DNA of 64,000 nucleotides from Nostoc sp. (lineage in GTDB: Bacteria > Cyanobacteriota > Cyanobacteriia > Cyanobacteriales > Nostocaceae). Of this stretch, positions 55,099 through 64,000 are shown one piece after another. Within the stretch, counting starts at the first letter, position 1. The number at the start of each line of letters is the position of its first letter. The translations under genes and the position numbers were made by a program. Below the pieces are notes generated by a model. It was not told where the DNA came from. It did not search any database and worked only from the letters and a program-made list of their open reading frames with translations. The stretch covers positions 96,001 to 160,000 of the forward strand of contig JBALDB010000056.1 of the NCBI GenBank assembly GCA_036918135.1, in the 5' to 3' direction.

Positions 55099-55504
55099 AG
55101 CTTTGTAATCCTCCTGTTGTGTTAGGGCATCAAATATTTGTCCGTCTTGATTGTAGTCTTTCTTTTTGGGAATGACGTTAAATTCCTAATACTATTTTGT
55201 TTAAGCTTTGCAACTTCTCCATCGCCACAATTACTTACTTGTCTAGGGGAATTGGTTTTATTGATACAAAGTGGGAAGTGGGGGAATGAGGGGCACAGAG
55301 GAGATGGAAAGAAATTCAAGGAGTGTGGGAGGAAAAGGAGGATGGGGAGGATGGGGAAGATGGGGAAGAAATCTTTCCCCCCACACCTCCCCACGTACAG
55401 GGAGGGTTTGCCTAACTAAGCAAATGCTCTTTGAGGTGACGAGTGTATTGCAACGAAGTGATAGCTGCTATAACTAGTGCCTAATGACTAATGACCAATG
55501 ACAA

Positions 55505-56476
55505 ATGATAAAAGTAATGCTATTTGCAATTTTGGCGGTGGTTGTAGGATTGTTCGTTCTGTTAGAGATAGGATTGCGATCGCTCTTTGGCTTTGGGAAT
55601 CCCCTGATTTATGTTAGTGATGAGCAAATTGGTTATTTATTGGCTCCTAACCAGCGTACCCGTCGTTTTGGTAATCGCATTGAAATTAATCAGTATTCGA
55701 TGCGAGGTAGCCCAATTGCCAAGACACCTGCACCTTCTGTGCTGCGAGTTTTACTATTAGGTGATTCTATTGCTAATGGTGGTTGGTGGACAGATCGAGA
55801 TAATACAATATCCAGTTTGATGATGCGTTCTTTGGCATCATCAACTAACAGTAATTATCGGGAAGTAGAAGTGCTAAATGCTTCAGCTAACTCTTGGGGG
55901 CCAAGAAATGAATTAGCTTATTTACAGAAGTTTAGCAATTTTAACGCCCAAGTAATAGTATTACTAATTAATACCGATGATTTGTTTGCAACTGCTCCGA
56001 CTTCCTTACCAGTGGGACGCGATCGCAATTATCCAGATAGTAAACCACCTTTGGCATTGGTGGAAGTTTGGCAGCGTTATCTGACTAAGCAAAAGCCAAT
56101 TCCGGAAATCAAAGCAGTACATAACGAAGCAGGCGATCGCGTAGGGATTAATTTGGAAGCGATCGGTAAAATTCAACAGCTAACTCGTCAAACCAACAGC
56201 GAATTTTTGCTAGTCATGACTCCCTTACTGCGAGAAATTGGCGAACCAGGTTCCCGCGATTATGAAATCAAAGCACGCCAGCGCTTGAGCGATTTTGCTA
56301 AAGTGCAACAAATTAACTATATTGACTTTTTATCAATATTTAATTCAAATCCCGACCCTAAAGGTTTGTTTCACGACCACATTCACCTGAACTTGCAAGG
56401 CAATCAATTTGTCAGTGAAGTTATAGAGCGATCGCTTTTAGAAATCTTAACTAAGTCCCATTCGCAGATTCTTTAG
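55505..56476 (+). CDS. SGNH/GDSL hydrolase family protein
   Basis: LLGDSI, NASANSWG, NTDD, DHIH motifs; N-terminal anchor. Confidence 0.85.
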   Translation: MIKVMLFAILAVVVGLFVLLEIGLRSLFGFGNPLIYVSDEQIGYLLAPNQRTRRFGNRIEINQYSMRGSPIAKTPAPSVLRVLLLGDSIANGGWWTDRDNTISSLMMRSLASSTNSNYREVEVLNASANSWGPRNELAYLQKFSNFNAQVIVLLINTDDLFATAPTSLPVGRDRNYPDSKPPLALVEVWQRYLTKQKPIPEIKAVHNEAGDRVGINLEAIGKIQQLTRQTNSEFLLVMTPLLREIGEPGSRDYEIKARQRLSDFAKVQQINYIDFLSIFNSNPDPKGLFHDHIHLNLQGNQFVSEVIERSLLEILTKSHSQIL

Positions 56477-56517
56477 CATTGTGTCTCAAAGTTTTCAGTA
56501 TTCTGATTTCTGTTTTC

Positions 56518-57132
56518 TTAACTTTCTCGAATCCAAAGTGCTAGTCCTCCGTCACGCCCACGAGCTGCAATAAAATCTTCTGTTACTAAAAAGAAGCCAA
56601 AGAAGGGTAGTTTAGCTATAGGCTGGCTATAAAAATCCTCAGACTGGACTTTACCAGAGCGAATCTGTCTGTTGTACACAACACGACCGAACAAACTGAT
56701 GAGTATACGATTAAAGTCAAATGCCAATAAATTTTTCTTGCCCATGTATTGCACTGGCCCAGTAAGCTTTAACAATATAGGGAGTAATTCAACCTGATTA
56801 CCAATTTCGCCTTTATCTAAATCTCGTTCTAAATTTGCACTAAAGGAAATGTGAATTGTAGCAAATTTGGGCACATACAAACCCTTGCCTAATACAATTC
56901 CTCCTCGTTCTCTAACTTTCTTCGTACCAGTAGCAAAGCAAAGCCGCCATTTTCCCAAAAGAGACTCAAACGGATAGTTTAGTCGTTGTTGCTTGGCAGC
57001 TTTTTCTGCTTGTAACAAGGCATTTACTAATGTTTCAGCACTAGGGCGTGTGTCTATCTGTCCTCGATACGCAGCCACAGCCTGGGATACCACAGTTATA
57101 AAGTCACTTGTAGATGTCAAATTAGCCGTCAT
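56518..57132 (-). CDS. Conserved cyanobacterial hypothetical protein (fibrillin-like)
   Basis: LLGKWRLCF and FIAARGRDGGLALW; 204-aa ORF. Confidence 0.6.
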   Translation of the reverse strand: MTANLTSTSDFITVVSQAVAAYRGQIDTRPSAETLVNALLQAEKAAKQQRLNYPFESLLGKWRLCFATGTKKVRERGGIVLGKGLYVPKFATIHISFSANLERDLDKGEIGNQVELLPILLKLTGPVQYMGKKNLLAFDFNRILISLFGRVVYNRQIRSGKVQSEDFYSQPIAKLPFFGFFLVTEDFIAARGRDGGLALWIRES

Positions 57133-57194
57133 GAGAGCTTGATTATTTTTTGTAATATTTCAAAAGTGCGTAGTTTTCCGCCGTAGCATCGCTT

Positions 57195-57558
57195 CTATCC
57201 TAAAGTTAGCAATCCTACTGGAAAATCTACCACTAACCGCCGATTTCTTAGCCAAGGTAATCCTAATATAATTTCCCTGAATTCAGAACCAGCAATGGCT
57301 TCGACAGTAAACTCTTGTGCATCTAATACTACTGTTCCCAGATAGCTATTAAAAGATGCTTCGCCCATTCCTGTTACTACATCTCGCGCACTTAAAAACG
57401 GCCACTTTAAAAACTCTAAATCCTGCTCGTTAATTGCCAGCCTATTCTGTCGAGCCTGTATGAAGTAACGCCATGACTGGTAAAATCTCACCATTGTCAG
57501 CAATCAACTCAATCTCAAAAAATAACTGACCAATCTCGTCAAACTCACCTTGGATCGT
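57195..57558 (-). pseudogene. Clan AA aspartyl protease pseudogene
   Basis: (ACG)IQGEFDEIGQLFFEIELI...MALLHTGSTE* then a frameshift to LAINEQDL...IILGLPWL; start lost and DTG changed to HTG. Confidence 0.75.
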
Positions 57559-57872
57559 ATTCGACTACAGACCCCAGTTTCATTTAGCCGGAAAGTGAAA
57601 AATTTTGCCCGTGGATGTTTTTCAAGGGCTTTCTGAACTGCTGTTAAGCTATCTGGGTCGATGAAGTAGTCTCCACTGTCTGGTTCAATAACAATGAACC
57701 AGTTATAGTGCTTCTCGATTAACTCAGGGCGAAGTTTTTCAAAAATCGGGCGACAGCGCTGGCGAAAAGCTTTTAGTTCAGCTTTGCGTTTGGCTTGTTC
57801 TTCAACAGAGATAGTCAGTTCTGGAAATAATCTGCCTTGATGAGGTTGGCGATAAGAATTCAGTTGTGTCAT
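57504..57872 (-). CDS. Hypothetical protein (usual upstream partner of the aspartyl protease), with a read-through extension
   Basis: HYNWFIVIEPDSGDYFID...FRLNETGVCSRI; probable ancestral stop now CGA at 57555-57557. Confidence 0.65.
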   Translation of the reverse strand: MTQLNSYRQPHQGRLFPELTISVEEQAKRKAELKAFRQRCRPIFEKLRPELIEKHYNWFIVIEPDSGDYFIDPDSLTAVQKALEKHPRAKFFTFRLNETGVCSRIRSKVSLTRLVSYFLRLS

Positions 57873-58341
57873 CACTTTGATTTCCTGAGATTCTCTATTC
57901 AATATATCATTAGATTTATAGCTATTTTTTGATTTTATATAAATAGCGATCGCAGATAGTTCTCGAATTAAATTATCAACTTAATCTAATTATAATCTGA
58001 GCATTATTTTTTATTAAAAAACTTATAAATACACATCGATATAATTTTGATTGTTATTAATTAAATTAACTATAATATAGAAAAAATTATCTTTTCCTAG
58101 TACAAAAATTAGTTTTTCTTCGATAACAGGCAATAGGCAATCGTAGGGACTAGGGACTGAGGACTAGTATTTTTACTCAGCATTCGGTGAGAAGTCCTAT
58201 AGCTAGCCTGTACCAAGACTTTGGCGAAGTGCCTTCAGCCTTCTGCGTTCATCAACTATAATGTTAATCTGCAAAACTACCAGATATAGATTAGTAAACT
58301 TGTCTGGAAGGTACTTTTAGTTTGTTTAGGGGACTGGATCT

Positions 58342-61300
58342 ATGATTGAGCTTGGTTTATTAGTACAGTCCCAGAATAATAATTTGGGTATAGGAAAAGT
58401 TATCGAAATATCTGAGAATAATGCGAACGTTGAGTATTTTTGCTCTATGGGGCAACGTCTGAAAAAAACGTTACCTTTAAATTCGCTCTCTCAAGTTAGG
58501 CTTGAACCCCAAGCGCGATGCTATATCAAGTCCCAAACCCAAGATAAATGGCTCGTTGGCAGAATTTTCGCCTGGGATGAAGAGACAGAACTATATCAAG
58601 TTGATTTACCAGACAAGAAAACTGCAATTGTAACGGAAGAAGAAATTTACGTCCGTTGTAATTTACCGAACACAGACCCAATTGAAACTCTAGCAATGAA
58701 GGGTCATGAAACGCCCTACTTCCATGACAAAAGATTGGCTTTTGTCAAATCTTTGATTCAGCAACGCGCTGTCAGTCGCGGAATGACGGGACTGATTTCG
58801 GCAAATATTAACCTTTATCCTCATCAGGTAGAAGTTGTGCGGCGGGTACTAGAAGACCCAATTCAACGCTATATTTTAGCAGACGAGGTGGGACTTGGAA
58901 AAACCATTGAGGCGGGTGCAATTCTTCGTCAATTCCTGTTAGATGAACCAAAAAAAGGTGCAGTGGTAATAGTTCCGCAATATTTGCTGCAACAATGGCG
59001 GACTGAGTTAGAAAACAAGTTTTATATTTCTCATTTTCCCAAACGCGTGGCGGTAGTAGCGGTTGAAGATATTCACAAAATTAATCTCAGAGCTAAGATA
59101 GGCTGTTTAATATTAGATGAAGCGCATCATATCGCAGCGATGGCAACCTCTAAAGATGCAGCAGTACGCCAGCGTTTTGAGACTTGCAAACAACTGGCTC
59201 ATAAAAGCGATCGCTTGCTTTTATTATCCGCTACTCCTGTTGTGAATCACGAGCAAGATTTTTTAGCAATGTTGCATTTGCTCGACCCCACAACCTATAA
59301 ACTAGACGATATCGCAGGTTTTCGCGCTAAAGTTGCCAGCCGCCAGCGAATTGGGAAAGTTTTGCTTGCTTTGGAAGAAGATGCAAAGCCTCTTGTCTTG
59401 AAAAACAACTTACAAGAATTACGCAACCTATTTACTGAGGATAAGTATTTACTAAACTTAGCAGATGATTTAGAAAAATGTTTATCAGGAAATTCGGCTG
59501 AGCAAAATCAAATCATCCAAGCAATTCGCACCCACATCAGCGATACCTATCGATTACATCGGCGAATGCTTCGTAACCGTCGCGCTGCGGTAGAAGATGT
59601 GATATTTGACCGAAATTTTACACCAAAAGAAGAATACGATTTAGATGAGCGATCGCTGGAGATTCACGAACTCATCAATCAATGGCGTACTGTTGCTTCC
59701 AATCAAAAGCAATATCAACGAATTTTTCTGTTGTTATTCCTTGCTTCTGGTAGTTGGTTAGGGATTTTAGAACAAGTAATTACAACTCGTTTAACCGGAA
59801 AACCTCATGCTAAACTTATTGGGGAATTTAAAGAAGATGATATTCGCCTATTAACTACAACTCCCAAATTCGCAGGTGAAGAAGAGATTTTGCAATCTTT
59901 ACTGAAGATTATTCGTCAACCTGTAGAAGATGGAGAACGTAAAGAAAATCTCAGAACAGTACTGCTGAATCAACTAGGTACATACTTCAAAATTCCGCCA
60001 AATGTTCGCAGAAATCAAAAAGAATTTCTGACCAGGATACAGCAGAGAATTCGTAGACCAATAGCAGGCGAGATTTTCCCTAAATTTATTATATTTACCA
60101 GTTTTGTGCAAAGTTGTGCAGAAATTGTGCGCTATTTATCTGATACCTTTGGTACAGAGACAGTAGTCAGCCATCAATTTGGAGAATCACCAGACAAAGT
60201 TGAAGAAGGCTTAAATAGATTCAAAAACAATCCCAACTGCTTTATTCTAGTATGCGATCGCTCTGGAGAAGAAGGACGTAATCTCCAGTTTGCTGACTGG
60301 TTAATTCATTTCGACCTTCCTTGGTCACCTAATCAGTTAGAGCAAAGAATTGGCAGGCTTGACCGAATTGGTAGCAAAATTGGAGTCCAATCTTGTGTAT
60401 TGATTGGGCCTTATTTAGAAGATAGCCCCCACAATGCTTGGTATCAAGTATTAAAAGATGGATTTGGGATTTTTCAACAGTCAATTGCTAGTTTTCAGTT
60501 TTATGTAGATGACAAATTGCCAGAATTAGAAGCAGCTTTATTTGAATCAAGTGCTGTTGGACTGTTGCGTATGATTCAGCCAATCAAAGCACAAATTCAA
60601 GCCGAAATTGTCAAGATTAGCGAACAAAATGCTTTAGATGAAATTGATGCTACCGATGAAATTGCAACCGAGTATTTTCAAGATTTAGATAATTATGATG
60701 CTCGCCATTTAGAAATGAAGCGAGCAATTGAAGGTTGGATTTGTGACGCACTTAATTTCAAAGCAATCACTAATCCAGATTCATCAGAAATCAAACGTTA
60801 TCAACCAATAACCCGGACTTTAGTGCCGATAAATGAGTTAAAAACCCGTTTTGCTGACAGTTATTTAGACCAATTTGGTACATATAACCGCAGGATAGCA
60901 AATCAAAATTCTGGAATTAAACTTTTGCGAATTGGTGAAGGATTTGTAGAAGCATTGTTGAACTACATAGATTGGGATGACCGAGGTCAAGCCTTTGCCA
61001 TGTGGCGCACTGATACATCTTGGGATGCTAAAGAAGGCAAGGAATGGTTTGGTTTCCAATACAATTATATAGTCGAGACAAATTTGAAAATTGCCAAACA
61101 GGTTTTTATCGATTACAAACTCGATAATTCTCAATTTAAAATTTTGCAGCGACGTGTAGATGCTCTATTTCCGCCAATTATCGAAACTATCTATATTGAT
61201 GGTCGCAATGAGTCAATATCTGCTGTAGAAGATAAAATCCTGTTGAATATCTTGCAACGTCCATATAAAGACAAAAACAATTATCAACAACGAGATTACA

Positions 61301-61644
61301 ATCTAGCAAAAGAGCGCTTAGAAATTATTGACAATTTTGTAGACCCCAATAAATGGCAAAACTTTTGCTATCAAGTACGTAACGCTTCTTTAGCATTACT
61401 TACCAATCGTCCCGATTTGATAGAATTGTGCGAAAAATGTGCGAAAGTTGCCGAAAAAAAATTAGGCAATAGAGTCGAACAATTACGCTTACTGCTGAAT
61501 CAGCAAAGTTGGGATCAAACACTAGCTGAAGAACTCAAAATAGAAACTACTTTAAGTGCAGCTATTTTAGAAGGAATTCGCCAACCGCAAGTAAAACTTG
61601 ATTCTGTCGGTTTCATTATTGTATCTGGGCGATCGCTTGTCTAA
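58342..61644 (+). CDS. dpdE: SNF2/RapA-like helicase, DpdE-like
   Basis: LYPHQ, LADEVGLGKT, DEAHH, LSATP, GEEGRNLQ, EQRIGRLDRIG; C-terminal DDRGQAFAMWR and LDSVGFII resemble DpdE. Confidence 0.6.
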   Translation: MIELGLLVQSQNNNLGIGKVIEISENNANVEYFCSMGQRLKKTLPLNSLSQVRLEPQARCYIKSQTQDKWLVGRIFAWDEETELYQVDLPDKKTAIVTEEEIYVRCNLPNTDPIETLAMKGHETPYFHDKRLAFVKSLIQQRAVSRGMTGLISANINLYPHQVEVVRRVLEDPIQRYILADEVGLGKTIEAGAILRQFLLDEPKKGAVVIVPQYLLQQWRTELENKFYISHFPKRVAVVAVEDIHKINLRAKIGCLILDEAHHIAAMATSKDAAVRQRFETCKQLAHKSDRLLLLSATPVVNHEQDFLAMLHLLDPTTYKLDDIAGFRAKVASRQRIGKVLLALEEDAKPLVLKNNLQELRNLFTEDKYLLNLADDLEKCLSGNSAEQNQIIQAIRTHISDTYRLHRRMLRNRRAAVEDVIFDRNFTPKEEYDLDERSLEIHELINQWRTVASNQKQYQRIFLLLFLASGSWLGILEQVITTRLTGKPHAKLIGEFKEDDIRLLTTTPKFAGEEEILQSLLKIIRQPVEDGERKENLRTVLLNQLGTYFKIPPNVRRNQKEFLTRIQQRIRRPIAGEIFPKFIIFTSFVQSCAEIVRYLSDTFGTETVVSHQFGESPDKVEEGLNRFKNNPNCFILVCDRSGEEGRNLQFADWLIHFDLPWSPNQLEQRIGRLDRIGSKIGVQSCVLIGPYLEDSPHNAWYQVLKDGFGIFQQSIASFQFYVDDKLPELEAALFESSAVGLLRMIQPIKAQIQAEIVKISEQNALDEIDATDEIATEYFQDLDNYDARHLEMKRAIEGWICDALNFKAITNPDSSEIKRYQPITRTLVPINELKTRFADSYLDQFGTYNRRIANQNSGIKLLRIGEGFVEALLNYIDWDDRGQAFAMWRTDTSWDAKEGKEWFGFQYNYIVETNLKIAKQVFIDYKLDNSQFKILQRRVDALFPPIIETIYIDGRNESISAVEDKILLNILQRPYKDKNNYQQRDYNLAKERLEIIDNFVDPNKWQNFCYQVRNASLALLTNRPDLIELCEKCAKVAEKKLGNRVEQLRLLLNQQSWDQTLAEELKIETTLSAAILEGIRQPQVKLDSVGFIIVSGRSLV

Positions 61645-61761
61645 TTGGTAATTGGGAATAGGTAACTGACGATTACCCATTACCCATTACCCATTCATCC
61701 TGAGCCTCGCCGAAGCATTACCGACCCTCACAGATATCATAAGTATTAACCGGACATGATA

Positions 61762-62184
61762 TCACTGGGCTTGGATTTCTCCACCTTGGGGTTTTGATAG
61801 TGCCTTTAGTTCTTCCCAACTGTAATGAGGAGCTAATTCAATTGGTTTGCGATCGGCTCCTAATCTCAATCCTACTGTCGGCTGGAGTTCTTCAATAAAT
61901 TCCTCTGCGTACCCTATTAGTTTGTTGGCTGCAACTCCACCAGTAATTGCTCCTGCAACCCCACCAATCGCAGCACCTACCTTACCAGCGATTGAGCGAC
62001 CCAATGCCGCTCCTGCAATCCCACCTCCTGCTCCTCCTAATCCCGTTGCAATCACATGAGCATTAGAATCAGAGAAGGTTTGGTTTTGGCCTTCCAAATC
62101 AGTAGAATCAGCATTGGAGGATGTTTCAAGGGAAGTTTGGTTTTGGTTTTGTGCTTCCAAATCACGCTGTTTTTCGTTCATCAT
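61762..62184 (-). CDS. Glycine-zipper hypothetical protein
   Basis: GLGGAGGGIAGAALG...GAAIGGVAGAITGG. Confidence 0.7.
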   Translation of the reverse strand: MMNEKQRDLEAQNQNQTSLETSSNADSTDLEGQNQTFSDSNAHVIATGLGGAGGGIAGAALGRSIAGKVGAAIGGVAGAITGGVAANKLIGYAEEFIEELQPTVGLRLGADRKPIELAPHYSWEELKALSKPQGGEIQAQ

Positions 62185-62597
62185 CTGTCTCTCCTAGAAA
62201 TAATTCCACTTGTAATACTAATTTAGTATCAAGCTGCATAGAAAAGAGTTTCTAAAATAAAGTTATAAGAGCAGATAGACATTACCTGCTCAAATGTTAA
62301 TTGGGCAAACAATTGTTGTATGCAAGTATGTAAGTATACAAAGAATAAAAAAGTTCATTATTAGGAATAAATAGATTTTCTTGCTCAAAATAATTAATAT
62401 TTGCCAAATTAATCTAAACTAATAGAATAAAACTCTCATTTTTTAACAAAGAGATATTAAAGATTCTATTTAATTAAATTGCAAGCAAAAACTAAAATAT
62501 CAATAAAATGGCAATAATGGCTGAAAGTTTGGATAACATGAGTGTTTTTAGACCCTGCCTCCTGCTTCATCCCAACCATAAATATTTACATCCACTT

Positions 62598-64000
62598 TTA
62601 AATATCTAATCCAAACACTGCTAATTCTGGCGGATGTTCAACAGTGAACTGATAATGAATCTCTCGCCGCTCCTCTATTGCAAAACTTAACTGCCATTCT
62701 AAAATACCCATTTCACCAAGTTGAATTTGTGGGTTAGTACGAATCAAACGCACTTTAATTTGCTCGTTGCGGCTTACAGGTAATTGTTCAGTTACTTTCA
62801 GATTTGCTTCTTTATCGAGTAAGTTAATAATTACTAATCGGTAACTATAAGTAATCCGGCGCTGGTTGCTAATTAGTCTTTTGTCTACCAGACGTTCAAC
62901 TAAGTCACGCTCAATTTTTAAACCTTCATCAATTCCTAAATTCAGTTTAAATTCTTGCCCTGGTGCAATATTTTCTAACCCAGTGCTACCGATAAAAACA
63001 TTATTGCGGAAAATATTCGCTTTACCTGGTAACAAAGTTGCACCGTTAGGACTATTTTTCACATTTGCTTGCAGATAAGCAAAACTTACCAAGCGCGGCA
63101 TTGCCACATAATCAAATTTACAAGAATAATCATCATTAAAAATAGTCGTTTTATGGGGTGCGCCATCGCTAGGAATGTTACCGCCACCATTTAATTTAAA
63201 GGTAACTACACTCCCTTCTTTGGATACTTCTGCTGCAACAATTTCCGCAGCGATTGGATTATCCTCTGTAACTTCGTCTTGTTCTTGCCAATTTTCTTCA
63301 CCAGCTGGAGCTGGTATGCTAGGCAGCATTGGTGACTGTGCAGCAAATCTTGCTCGTCGTTGTCGCGCTATTTGTAGACGTGGGGTATCAATATACCAAG
63401 GTTCAAGTTTGGGTGGAAGTGTACCTAAACCGGGTTTTGCTGTAGAAAGGGTGAGATTTGCACCAATCCAATCTTCGCCACTGCTTTGAGTAATTTCTGC
63501 AAGGTAACTCAAATGTACGATATCGCTCGTAGTGCTAAAACGCAAGTCATATAGCGGAGTCCAACTGGCGCGATTCACCAAGTATGATAGCTCTAGTTCA
63601 AACTCGCCTTCACCCGTAACTTCAACTGCTACAACTAAGCTTAAACTTTCTTTGGGATGCGGTGTTTGGATTTTTTGCAGTGAAGTGTGGAGTGCTTGCA
63701 GTTGTTTGTCTAATTCCTGCTGTTGACTTTTGCATTCTCCAGATGCGATTGCATATTCACCATACTGGCTTCCGAGAAAGTTGAGAAAATCCAAAGTTTC
63801 GCTTAGACTAAGATTTTTTCGCGACAAACTCTGTGCAAAAGGTTCCTCTGTTTTTTCGCGTAAACCTTCGATAAAACTAGACTGCAAAGCTAAAGCATCC
63901 ACTTGGGCTTGCAAATGGCGTTTTTCTGCTTCTAATTGCTGAATTTGCCTTGTCAAATGTGCTACTCTTTCTGCCACAGGTTCAGTAGTGTAAATGCGAT
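62598..64000 (-). CDS. DUF4139/DUF4140 (MuiA family) protein, 5' end outside the window
   Basis: ASWTPLYDLR, QSSGEDW, LSTAKP, LLPGKANIF, LGIDE motifs; frame open to the right edge. Confidence 0.85.
   Translation of the reverse strand, partial: RIYTTEPVAERVAHLTRQIQQLEAEKRHLQAQVDALALQSSFIEGLREKTEEPFAQSLSRKNLSLSETLDFLNFLGSQYGEYAIASGECKSQQQELDKQLQALHTSLQKIQTPHPKESLSLVVAVEVTGEGEFELELSYLVNRASWTPLYDLRFSTTSDIVHLSYLAEITQSSGEDWIGANLTLSTAKPGLGTLPPKLEPWYIDTPRLQIARQRRARFAAQSPMLPSIPAPAGEENWQEQDEVTEDNPIAAEIVAAEVSKEGSVVTFKLNGGGNIPSDGAPHKTTIFNDDYSCKFDYVAMPRLVSFAYLQANVKNSPNGATLLPGKANIFRNNVFIGSTGLENIAPGQEFKLNLGIDEGLKIERDLVERLVDKRLISNQRRITYSYRLVIINLLDKEANLKVTEQLPVSRNEQIKVRLIRTNPQIQLGEMGILEWQLSFAIEERREIHYQFTVEHPPELAVFGLDI

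Overview
This is chromosomal DNA from a heterocyst-forming (Nostocales-type) cyanobacterium, judged from abundant HIP1 GCGATCGC sites, heptamer tandem repeats, xisH/xisI remnants and a tandem flv3B-flv1B-like pair. Most of the window is housekeeping: ftsW, H-NOX plus histidine kinase, apcEABC, the atp1-atpC operon, ssrA, flavodiiron proteins and ndhQ. The most striking signal is at the left end and is absent from the ORF track. Four tandem ~236-bp units (525-1460) each encode a 40-aa minus-strand peptide with a near-constant leader and an invariant Cys/Trp-rich end (YVCWICSNCW). Each unit has its own RBS and promoter-like 5' region. They lie directly upstream of a gene whose N-terminus looks like an RRE/PqqD domain and which runs off the window. 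This is a candidate RiPP biosynthetic cluster that I cannot assign to a characterised class. Next to it is a satellite of contractile-injection-system accessory genes with no structural genes: a Pvc15-like AAA ATPase, a DUF4255/Pvc16-like protein, a repeat-rich Ser/Thr kinase and two Ig-repeat single-TM proteins. Other points are an ApcE truncated before its 4th linker domain, a 45-nt in-frame repeat insertion at a probable former HIP1 site, several pseudogenes and an orphan DpdE-like helicase. All family assignments come from motif recognition by eye; no database searches were run.
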